Positions 14,966-27,967 of a stretch of 64,000 nucleotides of DNA are shown here, piece by piece (position 1 is the first letter of the stretch; every line of letters starts with the position of its first letter). The notes under the pieces are model-generated. The model saw nothing but the letters and a program-made list of their open reading frames with translations. It was not told the DNA's origin and did no database searches. The DNA comes from Ranitomeya imitator. Lineage: Eukaryota. The stretch spans positions 550,126,001 to 550,190,000 of the forward strand of contig NC_091285.1 in NCBI RefSeq assembly GCF_032444005.1. The letters are read 5' to 3'. The translations under genes were made by a program, and so were the position numbers.

Positions 14966-16383
14966 TGGGAAAATGGAAATAATTTTTTTTTAAATTTTAT
15001 TATTTTTCCCTAACTAAGGGGGTGATAAAGGGGGGTTTTATTTTCTATTTATAGCGGGTTTTTGTTTGGCAGCTGTCACACGCTAAGAGACGCTTTTTAT
15101 TGCAAAAAATTGTTTTTTGCATCACCACATTTTGAGAGCTATAATTTATCAATATTTTGGCCCAGAGAGTCATATGAGGTCTTGTTTTTTGCGAGACGAG
15201 TTGACGTTTTTATTGGTACCATTTTCAGGCACATGGCATTTTTTGATCGCTTTTTATTCCGATTTTTGTGAGGCAGAATGAACAAAATCCAACAATTCCT
15301 GAATTTCTTTTAGGGGGGCGTTTATACCGTTCCACGTGTGGTAAAATTGATAAAGCAGCTTTATTCTTTGGGTTAGTACGATTATTGCGATACCTCATTT
15401 ATATATTTTTTTTATGTTTTGGCGCTTTTACACTAAAAACTATTTTATATAAAAAATAATTGTCTTTGTATCGCTTTATTCTGAGAGCTATAACTTTTTT
15501 ATTTTTCTGCTGATGATGCTGTATGGTGGCTCTTTTTTGCGGAACAAGATGACGTTTTCAGCGGTACCATGTTTATTTATATCCGTCTTTTTGATCACAT
15601 TTTATTGCACTTTTTGTTCGGCAGTATGATGCGTTGTTTTTTGCCTCGTTTTTTATTTATTTATTTGCGGTGTTCACTGATGGGGTTAACTAGTGAGATA
15701 GTTTTATAGAGCGGGTCTTTACGGACGTGACGATACCAAATGTGTACTTTTATTTTTTTTTTAATTTACATAATTAAATGGATTTATTGGAAAATATTTT
15801 TTTTTTCTTTATTTGGTTTTTTTTTTCCTATACATTCTACTTTTTTTTTTTTACTTTATAACATTGTCTCAGGGTGGGACATCACTATATTTCATCAGAT
15901 CGCTGATCTGACACTTTGCATAGCTCTGTGTCAGATCAGCGATCTGACAGGCAGTGCAGGAGGTTTTCCGACGCCTGCTCTCAGCAGGCCCAGGCAAGCT
16001 ACCTCAGTGAAGGAGCCCCGCAGCCATGGTGGATCCGGGGACTACTTCCAGAACACCGGAACGCGATCGCATCACGTTGTTCTGGTGGGTGAGCGCAGGG
16101 AGCCCCGTCCCTGCGCGATGCCCCTCTGTCGCTGTCACTACTGACAGCGGCATCGCGGGCATTGCTGCGGGGTGTCAGCTGTCACATACAGCTGACACCC
16201 ACACGCGATCGCCGCTGTGCTCACTGTGAGACCGCTTGATCGTGCCACCATACTAGTACTGCGGTTTGCGGGAACTCAGTTCCTGCAGAGCAGTACTAGT
16301 ACGGCGCACGTCGGGAAGGGGATAAAGATCCAAACCTGAAAAAAAAATCCAATTACAAGTTTGATAATGAAACGAATACTTAC

Positions 16384-17404
16384 GCCCCGTCTTTCCTCCT
16401 CAGGAATTTGAACCCGACGACCCTGGAAAGATTCATTTCCACTTGACTGTGGAGTGCCCGCTAGGGCCATGTGGTACTCAGGACCGGATCCGATGGTTCT
16501 TAAAGGGGTGGTCACAGCAGCAGTGACCCGGTCCATGGTCTTGGGTGTCCAATAAAAGTCAATGAAATGAAGGGGAAATAAAGTTTATGGGGAGATTGTT
16601 CCTGATGCCGCCTGTGGTATTCGACAATAAGGAGATAGCCGACGCTGCATAAATGGAACCGCTGAGGCCGATGGTGATGCAGCAGAGTTGTTACAGCTCT
16701 CCACGGGTAGAGCTAGGCCCCAGGGCAGTTAAGAGGCGAAGCTGGCTCCCACCTCTCCTGTCCTGCACCTTTGCATGCAGTGTTCCAAGCCAACAGCCTC
16801 CGATCCTGTCAGCCGACGTACTCTAGGTCCCCTTGATTCTATGCAGCTGCCTTTTCGGCAATTACGTGTGGAAGCGGCCGCAGCACTTACAGATGCTGCA
16901 GCTTCCGGTTGGCTAGCTAAATCGCCAGTTCATCCACTAGTCTTGGGGGCCGGTTCCCCCACTGCAACCTGGTCCCTCCACCCGACTACGGTCGGCATAG
17001 ATGCGGGCCCCACGGGTGGATTTCTCACTACCTAGGAGCCCTTCTTTCTCTCTTCCGCTGAAGCTTATCTTTCTGTTTCTTCTGTTCTTCCTTTCTCTTT
17101 CTATTGTTCTCTGGTCCAGGGACAAGCTCCTCTCAGCTCCAGCCCCCGGAACCAACTCCCTCTCTGTTCTCACTGTCACTTCCTTAAGCACTCCCTCTGC
17201 TGCTTTCTCCACCCACATCCTCTGCCTAGCTCCTCCCTGCATCTGAGAGGTCTGGTGTTGGATGCAAGTGTCTGGGTTCTGGGTAGTGCCCCCTCTTTGC
17301 CTGAGAGCGGAGTACCACACCTCTGGCTGAGGTGCACTACCTCTGTGGTGACTGGAACCTCAGAGGCATCACAACTGCTCCTGCTCTTCCACACTGGAAG
17401 GTTC
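16384..17404 (-). pseudogene. 93-nt exon-like segment split by a solo LTR
   Basis: TATTTTCTTTACAG acceptor (17405+) and GGC|GTAAGT donor (16378-16383). After removing the LTR and one TSD the segment is 93 nt and open in two frames (EPSSVEEQEQSSGNESFQGRRVQIPEEERRG or NLPVWKSRSSQVEMNLSRVVGFKFLRRKDG). Confidence 0.45.
16450..17373. mobile_element. solo LTR (Gypsy-like)
   Basis: TG...CA ends, 4-bp TSD ACTG (16446-16449, 17374-17377), internal AATAAA. Left part resembles the 43207 LTR. Confidence 0.7.
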
Positions 17405-17879
17405 CTGTAAAGAAAATACATTATTTACCACATGTGTAGTGGAGGGGGGGATAGATCTGTGCCGAAATAATGCCGACCTCCATTTTTTTTTCTTTCCCGC
17501 ATCTACAGTGGGGCGGTGCAGTCTCTCAGCCTATCAGCAGTGCACACACACAGCAAAGTGCATGTAATGCACACAAGCAAGGGCATGTGAACCAGCCATT
17601 TTCCCCGTCGCCACCATTTCCTCACTGCTGCAGCTTAGTGTTAGATGGCACCGCTGCTGCTCTGGGCGCTATACAGTATAAGAGTGTGAATTGCGAGCGA
17701 AATTGCAGTTAGATAGAGATAGATTTAGGGAGTTGGGACTAGTTGTAATATCAGCCCTTTTCAGGGTAGGTTACAGCAGTTGATAGCACTTTTTGCCAGG
17801 CAGGTCTGTGCCAGTGCTGTGCAAGTGTTTGTCACAGCATTTGGTGTATTCTAGCTCAGCCAATCCTTTTGGGCTAGTA

Positions 17880-18310
17880 GCATTGTCTGGTAGTCATCTG
17901 AGTAGCCCGCCTGTGAAATTAGCTACACCGCCTATGTATCTAATAATTTTTTACTGTAACCCAGTAAATCCTTCTGGGCTTATTAGCAGTGTCTGTACGT
18001 CAGCGGTGTAGCCTGGCTGTGAAGCTAGCTACACCGCCTGTGTATCTAAATTTTTACTGCATCTAACCCAGTAAATCGCTTTGGGCTTAGTAACAGTGTC
18101 TGCACGTCAGTGGAGTAGCCCACCTGTGAAGCAAGCTACATCGCCTGTGTATCTAATAATTTTTTACTGCATCTAACCCAGTAAATCGTTTTGGGCTTAG
18201 TAGCAGTGTCTGCACGTCAGCGGAGTAGCCCACCTGTGAAGCTAGCTACACCGCCTGTGTATCTAATAATTTTTTACTGCATCTAACCCAGTAAATCGTT
18301 TTAGGCTAGT
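17880..18310 (+). repeat. ~107-110 bp tandem array (about 4 units)
   Basis: TACACCG/TACATCG landmark at 17924, 18030, 18137 and 18247. Confidence 0.85.
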
Positions 18311-18400
18311 ACCACAGTTTGGCCACTCAGCTCTGCTCGGTTTCCATCCATCGTTTTTTGTGCCAACAACTACAGAGTTGCCAATTAGGTAAGCACCAAA

Positions 18401-21400
18401 ATGAGTGGCAAAAGGCCTGCTGCTGGTGGAAAGGGGAATAGGCTTGTTGTAAAGGGAAAAAAAGGTTGTGTCAGTAGGTGGTAAAGCAACAGTAACATCT
18501 GCAGGAGAAAAACCATCTTCCAGCCAAAGTAAGATGTCTACTTCTTTTCGTGGACAATCAGATATGATCTCTTTCTTACGACCATCGCTACGAGCATCGC
18601 TACAAATTCCAGATGAGGCACAAAAAGAGCATGTGCTTGAACGGATATCAAGTGCTCGTTCAAGTGGGCTCTCCTCCACCTCAACTTCAACATCAAAAAT
18701 ACTCCAGTCCTCAGAAGTGTCACCCCAATCGCACTTGCTTCCTCACAGCTCCCAAATCTCCAGCCGCCCATCTGAGTATGCGGTAACATAGATGGTTGAG
18801 TCTGCAGAGCTGTTTACTCATACTATAGCCTTGGAATCAGAGGTCTGCTCCAGAGTTTCTGTGAATCCAGACGAGGAAATGATCTGCACTGATGCCCAGA
18901 ATCTTTGTGAGTCGGATCCAGGCCCAGTTGAAGAAGGTTCTGAGCATAATGTAGACCCTCGTTCCCAAACTGTAACTCCTTTTGTTGGAGACAATGAGGA
19001 AGATGATGAGACTGAGATACCTGATTGGAACGAAAACTTGACATTTCAGTCAGGGCAGGAAGAGGTTGGCTCTGAGGACGACGGGTGTGAGAACACACAG
19101 AATGATGATCACGAGGTTGGAGACCGCACTTACTGTCAACCCATAGTCCGCCAATCCATTAGGCCAGCAGAGGAGGTGGAGGAGGATGCTAGTGACGACG
19201 AGGTTAGGTTGCGCCTTCCTGGACAGAAACAGAGTACTGGAAGCACTTCAACAATTACATCCTCAACCACAACTGTGCCTCTGAGCACACGTCGTGGTGG
19301 CTCTTTAGGTCACATGGGCTCTAAGCCTTGCATAGCCTAAGCATTTTTTGAGATGACACTCATGTTGTCTGTAAGATTTGTCACCGAAATCTCAGTACAC
19401 GCCAAAAATGAATAGTACCGTATTTTTCGGACTACAAGACGCACTTTTTCCCCCCCAAAAAAGGGGGGAAAATGGGGGGTGCGTCTAATAGTCGCAATGC
19501 AGGCTTACCGTGGTGGCAGAGGTGCGGTGGCAGAGGTGCAGCGGCAGAGGTGCGGCGGCAGAGGTGCGGCGGCAGAGGTGTGGCGGCAGAGGAGGCGCAG
19601 TAAGCGGGGTCCCTTTCTCCGGTAAGGTGATGCAGCAGCCCGGTAAGCAGCAGAGCCGGGTGAATCCTGTTGTTATCGGTGGTGGCGGCCATTTTCCTGA
19701 GGCCACGCGTGCGCAGATGGAGCGCTCTGCTTCCCGGGGCTTCAGGAAAATGGCCGCCGCAATCTCCATCTGCGCACGCGCGGCCTCCCGCGGCCATTTT
19801 CCTGAAGCCCCGGGAAGCAGAGCGCTTCATCTGCACACGCGCGGCCTCAGGAAGATGGCCGCCCCCACCGATAACAACAGGATTCAACCGGCTCTGCTGC
19901 TTACCGGGCTGCTGCATCACCATACCAGGGAAAGGGACCCCGCTTACTGCGCCTCCTCTGCCGCTGCACCTCTGCCACCGCACCTCTGCCGCCACGGTAA
20001 GCCTGGATTGCCTGCACGGTAAGCCTGGGACCCCTCTCACGCCATACCTCTCACTGCACCTCCTGATCCCAGCACCTCCTGATCCCAGCACCTCCTGATC
20101 CCAGCACCTCCTGATCCCAGCACCTCCTCATCCCAGCACCTCCTCATCCCAGCACCTCCTCACCTCTGCCGACACCTTGCCTCCTGTGACCCAGCCCTCA
20201 GGTAAGATACTGTAAATTCGGACAATAAGACGGACCCCCATCTTATAAAAAATCTTTTTTTCTGCAATTTTCACCCCAAATTTGGGGTGCGCCTTATGGT
20301 CCGGTGCGTCTTATAGTCCGAAAAATACGGTACTTCATGCATGAACCCTCACATGGATATGATGCATAATTTGCAGTGGGAAGCTCACTGTGCAACAATG
20401 TGGTCCAGTGGGCCGGTCCAACCACCGTCTGCCCTATCAAGTGCATCCGTGGCCTCTTCATCCTCTGTGACTGTGGGGACAGCAGATGCACATGGTTTTG
20501 GACGCAGAACTTCCACCTCTTTACCCGCAACAGCCAGTGTGATTGGCAGGTCGTCAGGACATTTGCAAGTGGAAACACCTGCTGGTGTTGAGCGCTCTCA
20601 GACATCGAGACCACCACATTTTGATCAAGGCAACATAATATCTCTGTCTGCACCTTCCTCACAGGCCAGCAGTTTGCCGGGGACACCCTACTCAACCCCG
20701 TCTAAGCACGGCAGCCAGCCCTCGGTCCCTCAGATGTGGACAAGTAAAAGACCATTTCCTCCTAGCCATGACAAAGCTAAGGGGTTGAATTTCACCATAT
20801 GCAAGCTGTTGGCTTCAGAAATGCTGCCTTTCTGCATGGTGGACACAGAGGATTTTTGAGACCTTATGTCCGTCGCAGTGCCCTAGTACCAGATGCCCAG
20901 TCGCCACTAGTTCTCAAAGAAAGCTGTGCCTGCGCTACACCAGCATGTCACACACAACATCACCGCTTCCTTGAGAAACTCTGTGTGTGACAGGCTGCAT
21001 TTCACCACAGACACTTGGACGAGTAGACATGGACAGGGACATTACATGTCGGTGACTGGGCACTGGGTAACTAAGGTGACAGCAGGAGAAGAGGCTGCTG
21101 TCCAAGTCTTGCCATCCCCACGAGTTGCGCGTCGATCCTCTGTACCTATAAGTTCCTCCAGCCGAGGAAAAAGTGGAGGACGAACTGACGCTGGGCATGG
21201 AAGACTCATCAGATGAGGGAGACCTTTATCAAATTTCTGTTGTGCGAAGCTGGGGGGAGAGGGCAGAGGTAGGAAGCATGGTTCTCACCTCACCGCCACC
21301 AAGACAACAAGGACTTGGTCCTCCTGGATGCGCAAGACACATGAGTGCCTTCTTGCTGCACTACCTGCAACATGACCCTCGGATTGTCAGAATCCGAAGT

Positions 21401-22070
21401 AATGCCGACTAACTGGGTTGCCACACTCTTAGATCTCTGGTACAAAAGTAAATTTGGCGAAATAATTCCTGCCATAGAAAGGGATTCCCGCATGCAGGAG
21501 TATCAGCAGAGACTGTTACAGAATCTTACATCTGCTTTTCCACAAAACACCAGTGGTACACGTAGTGAATCTCTGAGTTCTAACTTGCCAACCGTGGGAA
21601 TGTTGAGTCATCACTCAAACCATAACAGTAACATCATATCTGGTGGTAACAGCAATTTTTTCCAATCGTTTCAACAATTTTTTAGACCATCCTTTGCAAG
21701 GCCACAGGAGACAAGAAGTCTGACACATAGCCAATGCCTAGAGAGGATGGTACAGGAGTATCTCCAAGTTAACATCGATGCCATGACTGTGGAAATGGAC
21801 CCTTGCTCATTTTGGGCTTCCAATCTGGAAAAATGGCCTGAGCTCGCCACTCATGCCTTGGAGATCTTGTCGTGCCCCACAGCCAGCATTCTCTCTGAAC
21901 GTGTGTTCAGCGCGCTCTCTGAATGTGTGTTCAGCGCTGCTGGTGGTGTGCTGACAGATAAGCGCATGCGGCTGTCCAGTGAGAATGTAGACAGACTAAC
22001 GTTCATCAAGATGAACAAATCCTGGATCTGCAATGACTTTTCTACCCCTGTGTCATTCTGGGGAGACTAA
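18401..22070 (+). pseudogene. hAT (BED-finger) transposase pseudogene
   Basis: LHFTTDTWTSRHGQGHYMSVTGHWV (first catalytic D). C-terminal dimerisation domain FWASNLEKWPELA...SERVFSAAGGVLTDKRMRLSSENVDRLTFIKMN. BED finger split by a MITE. Stops, frameshifts and an internal deletion. Confidence 0.88.
19418..20330. mobile_element. Tc1/mariner-superfamily (pogo/Tigger-like) MITE
   Basis: TA TSD (19416-19417, 20331-20332). TIR CCGTATTTTTCGGACTA(C/T)AAGACGCAC. Internal palindrome and minisatellites. Confidence 0.88.
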
Positions 22071-22374
22071 AAGTTTGATGATTTTTGAAAATCACCTCAT
22101 CACCCATTTTAAGAAACTCTGGGGAAATTGATGCCACTTAAGTGATGTCTGTGGCCCAATTTTTGGAAAAAATGGAGACTCTTTTTGGAGTCCCCTTGCT
22201 GTGTTTTACATGACGTTGGCATCATCAATTGCAGGTGGGTGGGGTCACTCCCCCCTTTTAACGTTTAGAAACCGCATACGCTATGGCTTGGGGTAACACA
22301 GATGGTTGAGTCTGCAGAGCTGTTTACTCATACTATGGCCTGGGATTCAGAGGTCTGCTCCAAAGCTTCAGTGT

Positions 22375-22990
22375 CTGCTAGTCAGCAGAGTAGCCCACCC
22401 ATGAAGGAAGCTGCACCGCCTGTTTATCGAATTACTAATTTTTAACTGCATCTAGCCCAGGCAATACTTTGGGCCTAGTAGCAGTGTCTGCTACTCAGCA
22501 GAGTACCCCACCCATGAAGCAAGCTACACCGCCTGTTTATCTAAGTACTAATTTTTAACTCCATCTAGCCCAGGCAATACTTTGAGCCTAGTAGCAGTGT
22601 CTGCTACTCAACAGAGTACCCCTCCCATAATGCAAGCTACACTGCCTGTAGATCTAATTACTAATTTTTAACTGCATCTAGCCCAGGAAATCCTTTTGGG
22701 CCTAGTAGCAGTGTCTGCTACTCAGCAGAGTACCCCACCCATGAAGCAAGCTACACCGTCTGTAGATCTAATTACTAATTTTTAACTGCATCTAGCCCAG
22801 GAAATCCTTTTGGGCCTAGTAGCAGTGTCTGCTACTCGGCAGAGTACCCCACCCATGAAGCAAGCTACACCGTCTGTAGATCTAATTACTAATTTTTAAC
22901 TGCATCTAGCCCAGGAAATCCTTTTGGGCCTAGTAGCAGTGTCTGCTACTCGGCAGAGTACCCCACCCATGAAGCAAGCTACACCGCCTT
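22375..22990 (+). repeat. 113-114 bp tandem array (about 6 units)
   Basis: Landmark at 22412, 22525, 22638, 22752, 22866 and 22980. Homologous to the 17880-18310 array. Confidence 0.9.
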
Positions 22991-24450
22991 CTACCTTTCT
23001 CAATCTAACCCCTCGGCTCTGGGGTGTCCGCTCTCCCTCCAGCTCTCTCCTTCTCACAGGACTACTGCGCGCATTCACACTGTGGCGAATATTTTGGGCC
23101 CAGGCAGTCTCCTGCTCTGTTACAACCGATGTAACCAGGGTCTGACATGACTTTTAAAATAAAAATATCACCAGCCCTATTAAACACTACTCTGGTCACA
23201 TCTACCCTGGAAACTCTGTCCTATGTCAAGCACAGGACTGTAGCTCAATCTGCCTGGACCTGAGAAAATGGGGGCAGGTGGCCTAAGTGAACTATATTAG
23301 AAAGGTATATAACTTACCGGTACTATTTAAAAATTATTTATGAATATTTTTTGCCTTCTTTGCCTGAGCACCCATTTTTACATTAGTGCTTAATTTATTG
23401 TATACATTTTATTACTGTACTGTTCATAGTATATCTGTCTCCTTCTTTTATTAAATTATTCCAGTGCTCACTGGTTATTCTCTTCAGCATTAGTAACAGT
23501 TTCACGGTATCAGTAATTCCATTCAAACTGCTTTGTTATCGTTTTCCTGTTTTTTGCCAATATAGCACTTTTATGTAAAATGATAGACTACTAGGCATTG
23601 CATTTGCACAATAGAAATCAATGCTGCCTTAAACATTACATCATAATGCAGCTCCTTTATCCTGAATTATTCATCCTGGCTGAGCCAAATAGGTCGCTAC
23701 TTCTCTTGTGGGTGTGCAAGTGCAACTAGGTCAGATGAGTAGAGCGTTCATATACAGTAATATACAGTAATAAGGCTTCGACCTAACATATCTTAATAGG
23801 CATACCAACCATGTTTCTCTCTGTAGTAAATACCACTATGCTATTTCATTCATTTATACATTTACTCACTCCTTCATTCATTCATTCATTCATTCTGGGG
23901 TCTTAGGGAAAACATTGAACAGATGACTATGCATTAAATTCTGCAGCTTGTCCTTGAACAGAGGATATTTTGATGGATGGCTACTTTGGGCAAAGGAAAA
24001 TTTACTGACATATTTTAGGACAATGAAGGGCAAGTAGAAAAAGGGTTGCAATGTTAGATTTGGGGAAATAAAAGTGGTACTAAATGTGCTGCACATTAAC
24101 AAGGAACATATTCAAGAGATTGTCCAAGTTAGGTAAAATGCTGACCAAAGGCAGTAATATTATATACCCCACAGACTACTGCAGCCATCACTTATTCGCA
24201 ACGGTATAAGGCACATGACTGTGGAGGATCAGTGATAGGCTGCAGGGGTCACTTAGAGAACATGGCTGCAGTCAATCTAAATAAAGGACCAGTAGGGAGA
24301 ATCAGGGACTCAGTGCTAGAATGACAGAGAAGGATTGATTGAAAATATATTATCTAATTATTTTAGAAGTATTGGACATATTGCAATTCCTATACATACA
24401 GAATGTGTTGTATACATTGTTTGATGTCTTCATTGATTTTAATCACTTAC

Positions 24451-24504
24451 TTTTCTTCTGTACTCCCCCAGTCCAATATGAAGTCTTCTAGCTGAGATCT
24501 GCCT
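24451..24504 (-). CDS. candidate host exon (54 nt), product unknown
   Basis: CTCTGCAG acceptor and AAA|GTAAGT donor. Open in two frames (RQISARRLHIGLGEYRRK or GRSQLEDFILDWGSTEE). Confidence 0.3.
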
Positions 24505-25766
24505 CTGCAGAGTTGGCTGCCTATATATCATTGGCTCCCCATCCTACCCCCCAATGCTTTGTCTAGTTCTGCATTGCTACAAAACTATTGTATCTGTTCT
24601 GTAGCACAGTGACCCAAATATTGTACTCCCTAAATAAATAATAGTGTGAAAAAGAGCCCAGGATAATAGTGTTAGGCTGTCATAGTACTTCACACAGTAA
24701 AGCATACCGTAGATTGTAATAGTGTCCTGCCCAGAAAAAGTGACCCAGACAGTAACAGTTCCCTCTTTTGACTTCAAACATTGTGTCTTTAGATTGGTAC
24801 CACACGGCAATATTGCTCTATTAGGCATCATATAGTAACTGTAGCTCACTTTGTGCCCCTCCAACTCATCAATAATACCTTGTTTTGTCTACCAACCATC
24901 TGCAATCATTCACAATACTACCTTTGGAGTGTAAGTCAACTTCTTAATGCCACAATGCCAGCCACACTGTACCAATAACAGTGTTAAAAACCCTGCCGAT
25001 ATAGCAGTGCTCCATTGTATCAATATTGGAACTACAAGTTTTGATGTTGCAGAATTTCTGCACCATTTCTGCACTTATTATTTAAATGAGGTCACTTGAG
25101 TTTTAACATTCTTTATGTGAGTTTTTAACATGATTTTTTTAATCTTGTTTCTGACGTTGCGTTTTTCGTCTCAGGTGTGCCATGCTTTAATTAAAGCTGC
25201 TTTGTTTTTGCTACTTCCTTGTTACTTGCTTTGAAAAAGCTTTGCTCATATACTTAGGTGCGGATTACAGGCGTTTTTGATGAGGAAACCCACTAAAAAT
25301 ACATATACATAGGTTTTTAAGTGGATTTTCATAATCTAATGTAAGTCTATGGCAAAATACACACAGAAATCTTTAGCGTGCCTGCAAGAGAAATTGACAT
25401 GCTGCAGATTTGAAAAACACACAGCAGGTGAATTTACGCAGTGTTTAAAAGAAGCATAGAAAACATTAGATTTCTATAAATCTCATCCATCTTCAAAAAA
25501 TGCACCAACAGTTCATCATGGCAACATAGACTTAAGATCCATAGGATGTAAACAGAGTAGGTATGCTAGTGCAACAACGTAGAAAGTAAGCATGTGCCAT
25601 ATGCGGAAGTCCATGTACAGTATTCAGACTCCTTAAAATGTTTCACTCTTTGTTTCATTACAGCAATTTGGTAAATTCAAAAAAGTTCATTTTTTCACAT
25701 TAATGTACACTCTGCACCCCATCTTGTCTGAAAAAAACAGAAATGTAGTAATTTTTATAAATGTAA

Positions 25767-26387
25767 AGGGAACCTGTCATCCCCAAAATGGAAGTTGAGC
25801 TAAGCCCACAGGCATCAGGGGCTTATCTACAGCATTTTGGAATGCTGTAGATAAGGCCCTGATGTATCCTGAAAGATGAGAAAAAAAGGTTATATTTTTC
25901 TCACCCAGGGGCGGTCCCACTGCGGTCCGGTCCGATGGGCGTCGTGGTCCGGGGCCTCCCATCTTCATAGGATGACGTCCTCTTCTTGTCTTCACGCTGT
26001 GGCTCTGGCGCAGGTGTACTTTGTTTGCCCTGTTGAGGGCAGAGCAAAGTACTGCAGTGCGCAGGGGCTGGGCCTCTCTGACCTTTCCCGGCCCCTGCGC
26101 ACTGCAGTACTTTGCTCTACCCTCAACAGGGCAGACAAAGTAAGCCTGCGCCGGAGCTGCTGCGTGAAGACAAGAAGAGAACGTGTTTGTAAGAAGATGA
26201 GAGGCCCCAGACCGGACAGTGACGCCCACAGCAGCGGGACCACCCCTGGGTGAGTATAATCTAACCTCTTTTTCTCATCTTTCAGGATACATCGGGGGCT
26301 TATCTACAGCATTCCAGAATGCTGTAGATAAGCCCCTGATGCCAGTAGGCTTAGCTCAACTTCCATTTTGGGGGTGACAGGTTCCCT
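25767..26387. mobile_element. T2/Kolobok-type palindromic MITE
   Basis: Termini AGGGAACCTGTC / GACAGGTTCCCT, TTAA on the right and GTAA on the left. Whole element is a near-palindrome. Confidence 0.88.
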
Positions 26388-26555
26388 TTAATAAAACAGA
26401 AAAACTGAAATATCACATGGTTATAGGTATTCAGACCCTTTGCTCAAATGCTCATATTTAAGTCGCATGCTGTCCTTTTCCTTGATTTGGAAAGGCACAC
26501 TCCTGTCTATATAAGACGTTACAGCTCACAGTGCATGTCAGACCAAATGAGAATC

Positions 26556-27571
26556 ATGAGGTCAAAGGAACTGGCCAAGAAGCTCAGAGACAGAATTGTG
26601 GCCAGGCAAGGTTTCAAAAGAATTTGTGCAGTACTCAAGGTTCCTAAGAGCACAGTAGCCTCCATAATCTTTAAATGGAAGAAGTTTGGGACCACCAGAA
26701 GTCTTCCTAGACCAGGCCGTCCAGCCAAACTACAGTAAGTAATCATGGGAGATGAGCCTTGGTGAGAGAGGTAAAGAAGAACCCCAAGATCACTGTGCCC
26801 GAGTTCCAGAGATGCAGTAGGGAGATGGGAGAAAGTTCCATAAAGTCAACTATCACTGCAGCCCTCCACCAGTCGGGCCTTTATTTATGGCAGAGTGGCC
26901 CAACGGAAGCCTCTCCTCAGTGCAAGACATTTGAAAGCTGGCATAGAGTTTTCTAAAAAACACATAAAGGACTCCCAGACTATGAGAAATAAGATTCTCT
27001 GGTCTGATGAGACAAAGTTAGACCTTTTTGGTGAAAATTCTAAGCAGTATTTGTGGAGAAAACCAGGTGCTACTCATCACCTGCCCAATACAATCCCAAC
27101 AGTGAAAACTGGTGGTGGCAGCATCATGCTTTAGGGGTGTTTTTCAGCTACAGGGACAGGACGACTGGTTGCCATTGAAGGAAACATGAATGCAGCCAAA
27201 TACAGAGATATCCTGGATGAAAACCTTTTCCAGAGTGCTCTGGACCTCAGACTTGGCCAAAGGCTCACCGTTCAACAAGACAATGACCCTAAGAACACAG
27301 CTAAAATAACAAAGGAGTGGCTTCAGAACAACTCTGTGACCATTCTTGACTGGCCCAGCCAGAGCCCTAACCTAAACCCAATTAAGCATCTCTGGAGAGA
27401 CCTGAAAATGGCTGTCCACCAACATTCACCATCCAACCTGACGGAACTGAGAGGATCTGCAAGGAAGAATAGCAGAGGATCCCCAAATCCAGGTGTGACA
27501 AACTTGTTGCATCATTTCTAAGAAGACTTATGACTGTACTAGCTCAAAAGGATGCTTCTACTCAATACTGA
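26556..27571 (+). pseudogene. Tc1 transposase pseudogene
   Basis: MRSKEL..., PGRP, WSDETK, QQDNDPK and WPSQSPNLNPIKHLWRDLK, spread over several frames with stops. Confidence 0.9.
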
Positions 27572-27967
27572 GCAAAGGATCTGAATACTTGTGAGACCAT
27601 GTGATATTTCAGTTTTTTTTTAATAAATGTGCAAAAATTACTACATTTCTGTCTCTTTTTCAGTCAAGATGGGGTGCAGAGTGTACATTAATGAGAAAAA
27701 TATTAACTTTTTGGAATTTACCAAATGGCTGCAATGAAATAAAGAGTGAAAAATTTAAAGGGGTCTGAATACTTTCCGTATCCATTGTATAACGCACCCA
27801 GGTGTCTCCTTCAGGTGGATTCTAATATGCCATGTTAACAATAGATTCCTACTGTCTAATAGATTACATCTGTTAGCACTACACCGGGTCCCTGCTCTGA
27901 CAGGCAGGGTCTCCGGCATGTCAGTTCACTCACTCTCACTGCAGTTGGTTCCTCTTTTCCTCATGCT

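Larger units (their letters stand above)
17460..22990 (+). mobile_element. decayed hAT transposon, termini not identified
   Basis: hAT transposase remnants flanked by related tandem arrays. Confidence 0.75.
25618..27787 (+). mobile_element. older Tc1-like transposon with a nested T2 MITE
   Basis: TA flanks. Long TIRs (...TATTCAGAC.../...GTCTGAATACTTTCCGTATCCATTG), with the left one partly deleted. Confidence 0.85.

Noticed and set aside
19432-20098. Overlapping 140-219 aa ORFs on both strands
   Set aside because: Products of a GC-rich palindromic MITE interior.
21345-22070. Host ZBED gene
   Set aside because: The upstream part has stops, a deletion and a MITE insertion, consistent with a dead hAT copy.
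24577-24864. 95-aa minus-strand ORF as a host gene
   Set aside because: No recognisable motif or clear splice boundaries, and the length is within chance expectation.
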